Source: an uncultured virus (IMG/VR IMGVR_UViG_3300035502_001146) (lineage: Duplodnaviria > Heunggongvirae > Uroviricota > Caudoviricetes). Taken from it: DNA of 56,565 nucleotides. Positions within the stretch are counted from its first letter, which is position 1, and every line of letters begins with the position of its first letter. Below, piece by piece: positions 51,156 through 56,565 of this stretch. The stretch lies in the IMG/VR virus record IMGVR_UViG_3300035502_001146; one strand, given 5' to 3'. The notes beneath the pieces were generated by a model. The model worked only from the letters and a program-made list of their open reading frames with translations, had not been told where the DNA came from and searched no databases. A program made the position numbers and the translations under genes.

Positions 51156-51248
51156 TTAAATAGTTTAAAAAGAAAATTTACTTTTGTGTTTAAAAATTGT
51201 ATTTTTTCTTTTATATAATTATAAATTTGTAATTTGAAAGGTGGTGAA

Positions 51249-51386
51249 ATGATGAATACGACAGTTCAATTGCCAAAGGAGCTTGTAAACGAATATACTA
51301 TTTTAGCTGTTAAGATGGGTATGCGTAGAGGTGACGTAATTAGATTGGCATTAAAAGAATTTTTAGATAAGAGCAAAGAGGTTTAA
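51249..51386 (+). CDS. ribbon-helix-helix (CopG-like) protein, 45 aa, not in ORF track
   Basis: GAAAGGTGG RBS; TTVQLPKEL......LA...GM.RG.VIR.AL.EFL. Confidence 0.75.
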   Translation: MMNTTVQLPKELVNEYTILAVKMGMRRGDVIRLALKEFLDKSKEV

Positions 51387-51428
51387 TTTATCTTTGTATA
51401 AGTGAAAAGTAAAGGAGAGTGATACTGT

Positions 51429-54400
51429 TTGGCTAAAACAACAGACACCAAACACGAATTAGAGAAAGTTAATAAGGAACACGAATTAGTTAAAGAAGAT
51501 GTATATGATATTCAGAATAATAAGATATTTGGTCAAGATATAAGTTTTTTGATTGGTAATAGAATTATGCAAAGAACTGACCCAATTTATTATTGTGAAA
51601 ATACTTTAAGATGCCATTTGCCTGAAAAGAAAAGACATTTGCACGAAAACCAAGTAGAGCTTATTAAGGCTGTTTGTAATCCTCACTATCGTAAGGTAGC
51701 AGGACTGATGGCAAGACAGGCTGGTAAATGTTTTGAAGCAGATACTTTAATTATGATGGCAGATGGTACTTCTAAAAAAGTACAAGATATTAAAGTTGGT
51801 GATTATGTAATGTCACCACAAAGCACTCCCTCAGAAGTAATTGCTTTGGGTAGTGGTTATGAAGAAATGTATGAAATATGTACAGCAGAAAAACATTATA
51901 AGAATTTTACTGTTAATGGTTCTCATATCTTAGCAGTAGAAGATAAAAAGAATAAAATAAAGACCATTACTGTAAATGATTATTTGAAATTAACAAAGTA
52001 TAGACAAAGCCAATTATTTGGTTATAGAACTTCTGTTGATTTTGAAGAAAAGCCTGTTACTATTGACCCTTATTATTTAGGTTTATGGTTGGGTGATGGT
52101 AGAAGTAATTATAGTGAAATCTCTAATATAGATGAAGAAATAATAAATTATGTACAAGAATATGCTGAACGATTAAATATGAAATTTGCAGTATATGAAG
52201 GTGTTGGTGGTAGAATTAATTCTTATGCTATTACCAATGGTAACAATGGAACTAAGAGCAATACTAATTATATAATTGATGAATTAAGAAGAATGAATCT
52301 TTATAATAACAAACACATTCCTGATGAATATTTATATAATAGTATGGAAATTAGAAAGAAATTACTTGCAGGTTTAATTGATACTGACGGTTATAAAGAA
52401 AAAAATTGTACATTAACTATTTCTTTTGCTAATAAAAATTTAGCTGATGATACATTAAAACTTTTACAAATGTGTGGTTATCGTGCTTCAATGAAAGAAA
52501 AAATTGTAAAAATGAATGGTAAAAGTTTTTTAGAATATGTAATTTATGCTTATGGTGATTTTACAGATGTACCTATAAGGTTAAAAAGAAAACAATATAC
52601 AATGAAACCACAATGTGACCATTTAAAGTTCGGTTTTACTATTAAATCAAAAGGTATGGGTAAATATTATGGTTTTGTAATAAAATCAGATGACCATTTA
52701 TTTTTGTTGGACGATTGTACTGTAGTCCACAATACAGAGAGTATCGCAAGTTTTACTGGTTATTTGCTCGATAATTATCCACAAATGAGAATTGGCATAT
52801 TCACTCCAAGAATACAACAGGCAGAGGTGGGCAAAATCTTGCCTCTATATTCCTAATTACTTGATAAAGTAAGGTATATTAAAATATCAAATGCTTTAAT
52901 ATGCTAACGAGGAAGACTTAGCATTACACATAAATGTTAAAATATGTTTAGGTGAAGTTAATCTCGTGCGAATTATAACAATTAAATAATTGTTATTCGT
53001 GTATCGACTATCCCAAGTTAGATTGGGAGTACAGACTTATATAAAAGTTTGGAAACGGAATAACTGATTTAAAAAGTTTGACAAACTTATAGGTTAAGAA
53101 ATAGTCAGTCCTATTAGAAATAATAGATTAGATGAAATGTTGGTAGAGTTGCCATTTTTTACCAAATGAATGAAGAAAAACTAAACAATCAACTTGTTCG
53201 TTGTAATAAACAAAAGATAGAATTAAGTAATGGTTCTTATGTAATGGCAGTATCAGGTTCTGACCAATCTAATATCGAAGGTTTAACTTTCGACGTAATC
53301 GTACTCGATGAAGCCCAAAAGATAAGTGATTATACGTGGAGTGAACGTATAATGCCAATGGGTGGAGCTACGAATGCTAAGATGATTAAAATTGGAACAC
53401 CAAAGACGAGAAATCATTTTTATCAATCATTCCAAGTTGATACTGAAAATCCAAGAAATAATTGGAAATGTGTAAAAAGAGATTGGACACAATGCCCTCA
53501 GTTATGGGCTTTGGATTCTACAATGTTACCTGACCCACAAACAGGTATTTTAAGACCATATAGTACTTACGTTCTTTCTCTTATGCCTAAAGCATTAAAG
53601 CAAGAAATGTTTCCTAATAATCCTGAAATGTGGTTCGAAGGAGTAGCCAAAAGGCTATGCTCCCTATTAAGAAGTAATTCTTAGTAGAAAAATTCTTTTA
53701 ATTGCTGAAAATTCTTAAAGCTAATTATACTATTAAAGTGTTTAATAGTTGTGAAAACAGAAATAAATAATTAGATAATATATGACGATAGTAAGTCTAA
53801 GTATTAAAATGATAAATTTTAACAATAGATAATCAGCAGCAAAATATATAAACATTTATATATATGTTCAACGACTATGCCTGAAAGGCAGTAGGATATA
53901 AGTATATCTGAAATAGAGAAATACTTAATATATTTAAGTATATGAGATAGTCTGTACAATGATGAAAGTTATTGATTTTTATAAATATTATTACATAACG
54001 AATAATAATTAACACAATAGAAATGTCAATAGAAGATTTTAAAACGCAGTATATGCTCGAATTTATTGATGGTTTAAACATTTTTAGACCCATTTTTGTA
54101 GTAATATAAAAATGAAAAAATTTTTTAATTGCTGAAAAATCTTAAAGCTAATTATACCTTACAAAAAGGTTACGAAAGTAAAAATAAATAATTAGATAAT
54201 ATATGGTGATAGTAAACCTAAGTATTAAAATGATAAATTTTAACAATAGATAATCAGCAGCAAAATATATAAATAAAAAATTGTTTATATGTATGTTCAA
54301 CGACTATGCCTGAAGGGCAGTAGGATAAAAGTTTATCTGAAATGGAAGAGTACTTAATTTGTTTAAGTAGATGAGATAGTCTGTGCAATAATGAAAATTA

Positions 54401-56565
54401 TTGAAAATTACAATTAAAAATAAAAACAGCTTAATTTTTTAAAAAATATTATTATATAATAAAATCAAGGAGGTGAGAAAAATGGAATATTATAAAGGAT
54501 TTAAAACACAAATTTATCCTAATGATGAACAAATTGAATATTTTGATAAATGTTTTTCTATAAGTAGATATGCTTATAACTGGTATATTAGGAAAAGAGA
54601 TTTTAATTATAAAAATGGAATAAAACAAAGTTATTTTGATTTACAAAAAGATTTTACAAAAATAAGAAATTCGCAAGGTTATGAATGGTTGTTAGAAACT
54701 AATAATAAGGTTGTGGATGAAGCTTTAAAAAATTGTAAAAAAGCTTATGATAACTTTTTTAATGGTATAAAAAGTAGACCCAAATATAAATCTGAAAACG
54801 ATGCAAAACAAATTTTTAGTTCAAGTAGGTGCTTGATTGATTCTAATGCAAAGCATTTAAGAAAGAAAAAATATTTGTTTGATGGGTTTCATTTTTATAT
54901 TGCAGGAAAACAAACAATACCAGGTGTAACCAATGGATATTTTATAAAAACAGCGGAAGATATCTCTTTTTTGAAAAATAAAAAGGTAATATTGGTTTCA
55001 ATTTCTAAAGAAAATAATAAATATTATGTAGGATTTACATATAAAGAAAATAGTAATTATGTAAATAATTCTACTCAAATAGTTGGAATTGATATTGGTA
55101 TTAAAACATTTGCTACTCAATCTGATGAAAAAATTGCAAAACTTCCTAAAAAGATAGATATGTATTATGAAAGGATTGATAAGTTAAATCAAGTTTTAAG
55201 TAAAAAGCAAAAAGGTAGTAATAATTATGAAAAAGTGAAAATTAAAATCAATAAATATTATAGAAAAATAAAGGATTTAAAGATGGATTTCTGTCATAAG
55301 TATACTACATATTTAGCTAAAAACTACAATGAAATAAAAATTGAAGATGTTAGTGTTCAAGAATGGTTTGAAAAAAAAGATATAAAATTGAGTAAAAACT
55401 TGCAAAAATCTTGTTTAGGTTTGTTTAGAGAACAACTTGAATACAAATGTGAATGGTATAATAGTAAACTTACAAAAATAGATAAATATTATCCTTCTTC
55501 AAAAACTTGTAGTTGTTGTGGTAATGTAAAACAGGATTTAAAATTATCAGATAGAGTATATAAATGTGAAAAATGTGGTTTTGAAATGGATAGAGATTTG
55601 AATGCTGCAATAAATATTTTGAATTATTCAGCTTTAAACTATTCGAGAATATTAAATAATGAGGATTAATAAAAACAACAAATCCAAAAACTTCGGTTTG
55701 AAGTTGGAATATCTTATATTCCATTAGACTTGAAAAATTATTTTTGATAATTAAGTAGAGTAAGTTAATTAAGCTATATTTTTAATTGTAAAATATTATT
55801 ATGTAACGAATAATAATTAACAAAACAGTGGGCAAGTTTTTCGGTCTTGAAGATATAAATAGATTAAGGTCAGGACAATTTGAATGGTTAGATTGTGGAG
55901 ATATGTCAGAAGAGTATTATGCTGGAATTGACTTTGCAGGTTCAGGTTCAGCAACAGCCGACTTCACACATATAACCGTTATAAGAAAAACATCAACAGG
56001 TATAAAGCAAAAAGTATTCGCAAAGGAGATGCAAGGTGTCGCATACCCAGAACAAATGCGTATTATAGCTAATTTGTTATCAGGATATAACGCAAAATTC
56101 CATTGTAGACGTATTTTTGCCGACTATACAGGAGTAGCTAAAAAGCCAAACTCCCTATTAAGAAGTAATTCTTAATAGAAAATTCTTTTAATTACTGAAA
56201 GTTCCTAAAGCTAATTATACTATTAAATATTTTAATAGTTGCGAAAGCAGAAATAAATAATTGGATAATATATGATGATAGTAAGTCTAAGTATTATAAG
56301 AAATAATAATTTCTAATAATGGATAATCAGTAGTAAAGTATATATTTTTTATATACATATTCAACGACTATTCCGAAAGGAAGTAAGATATAAGTATATC
56401 TGAAATGGAGAAATATTTAATTTATTTAAGTATATGAGATAGTCTGTACAATAATGAAAATTATTGATTTTTATAAATGTTATTATATAACGAATAATAA
56501 TTAACAAAATAGTTGGTAGACCTGTTGTGGATTCTTTAATTTATGATTATGGAATGAGTAATCTA
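51429..56565 (+). CDS. terL: terminase large subunit, spliced and 3'-partial: exons 51429-52828, 53135-53643, 54021-54074, 55829-56134, 56513->56565
   Basis: Walker A ARQAGK/T, Walker B VIVLDEAQ, KIGTP, nuclease YAGIDFA and DYTG/VG; exons join in frame. Confidence 0.9.
51729..52733 (+). mobile_element. intein (335 aa) with LAGLIDADG endonuclease in terminase Walker A
   Basis: starts CFEADT after GK, ends VVHN before T; LGLWLGDG and LAGLIDTDG motifs. Confidence 0.95.
52829..53134 (+). ncRNA. group I intron 1 (306 nt, no ORF)
   Basis: P1 AGAGGU/GCCUCU with U.G; P7 GACUA/UAGUC (TATCGACTA, AAGAAATAGTC); terminal G; splicing gives AEV-NVGRVAIFYQM. Confidence 0.9.
53644..54020 (+). ncRNA. group I intron 2 (377 nt, no ORF)
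   Basis: AATTGCTGAAA, AATCAGCAG, TTCAACGACTA, GAGATAGTCT core; splicing gives WFEG-EMSIEDFKTQY. Confidence 0.88.
54075..55828 (+). mobile_element. group I intron 3 (1754 nt) carrying tnpB downstream of P7
   Basis: same core as introns 2 and 4; P1 GGUUUAA/UUAGACC with U.G; ends ...AACAAAACAG; splicing gives FIDG-LGKFF. Confidence 0.88.
54473..55669 (+). CDS. tnpB: TnpB RNA-guided nuclease, intron-encoded
   Basis: FKTQIYPN.EQ N-terminus, RuvC VGIDIG, IKIEDV, YPSSKTCS.CG...C..CG...DRDLNAAINI; AAGGAGG RBS. Confidence 0.93.
   Translation: MRKMEYYKGFKTQIYPNDEQIEYFDKCFSISRYAYNWYIRKRDFNYKNGIKQSYFDLQKDFTKIRNSQGYEWLLETNNKVVDEALKNCKKAYDNFFNGIKSRPKYKSENDAKQIFSSSRCLIDSNAKHLRKKKYLFDGFHFYIAGKQTIPGVTNGYFIKTAEDISFLKNKKVILVSISKENNKYYVGFTYKENSNYVNNSTQIVGIDIGIKTFATQSDEKIAKLPKKIDMYYERIDKLNQVLSKKQKGSNNYEKVKIKINKYYRKIKDLKMDFCHKYTTYLAKNYNEIKIEDVSVQEWFEKKDIKLSKNLQKSCLGLFREQLEYKCEWYNSKLTKIDKYYPSSKTCSCCGNVKQDLKLSDRVYKCEKCGFEMDRDLNAAINILNYSALNYSRILNNED
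56135..56512 (+). ncRNA. group I intron 4 (378 nt, no ORF)
   Basis: near-copy of intron 2 with compensatory P4 change (TTACTG/CAGTAG); splicing gives DYTG-VGRPVVDSL. Confidence 0.88.

Noticed and set aside
2185..55724. Antisense or overlapping ORFs (e.g. 2185, 3003, 3028, 3834, 4630, 4895, 9165, 12672, 16476, 23041, 29596, 30329, 41159, 49748, 50431, 53875, 55470)
   Set aside because: Shadows of better-supported genes or introns, without RBS or promoter
53643..55828. GT-AG spliceosomal-type introns
   Set aside because: GT..AG boundaries break the frame for intron 2, and group I core elements are clear
52829..56175. ORF-track tails GKILPLYS, VAKRLCSLLRSNS, VAKKPNSLLRSNS and starts at 53166/55828
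   Set aside because: Read-through into introns and internal exon codons, not separate genes
1..56565. Stop-codon reassignment
   Set aside because: Long genes are intact in code 11, and TAG/TGA end genes before terminators; the broken genes are frameshifts or introns
1..56565. tRNA/rRNA genes
   Set aside because: No cloverleaf or rRNA-like segment recognised by eye; tRNAscan-SE not run

Overview
AT-rich segment of a large tailed-phage genome, probably infecting a Firmicutes/Clostridia host (sigma-A-type TTGACA/TATAAT promoters, AAAGGAG/AAAGGGG RBSs, genetic code 11). About 1-30.5 kb is a modular early/host-takeover region of small genes, mostly with their own promoter and terminator. It also holds an NAD+-dependent DNA ligase, a Cas12f1-like nuclease with no adjacent CRISPR array, a SleB-type hydrolase and a DUF932-like gene. 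Several repeat families run through it: a 19-bp palindrome about once per transcription unit, an extended promoter class with a leader hairpin, a dispersed ~100-bp element and an 11-copy polar 13-mer. There are long non-coding blocks at 9.5-12.5, 27.4-28.6 and 30.8-33 kb. The right half has an IscB/omegaRNA element splitting a small zinc-finger gene, thymidylate kinase, paralog clusters and a tandem array of ArdA-like genes with basic N-terminal leaders. It ends in a large terminase gene interrupted by an intein and at least four group I introns, one carrying an intact TnpB without transposase. Family names are from motif recognition only; no searches were run.
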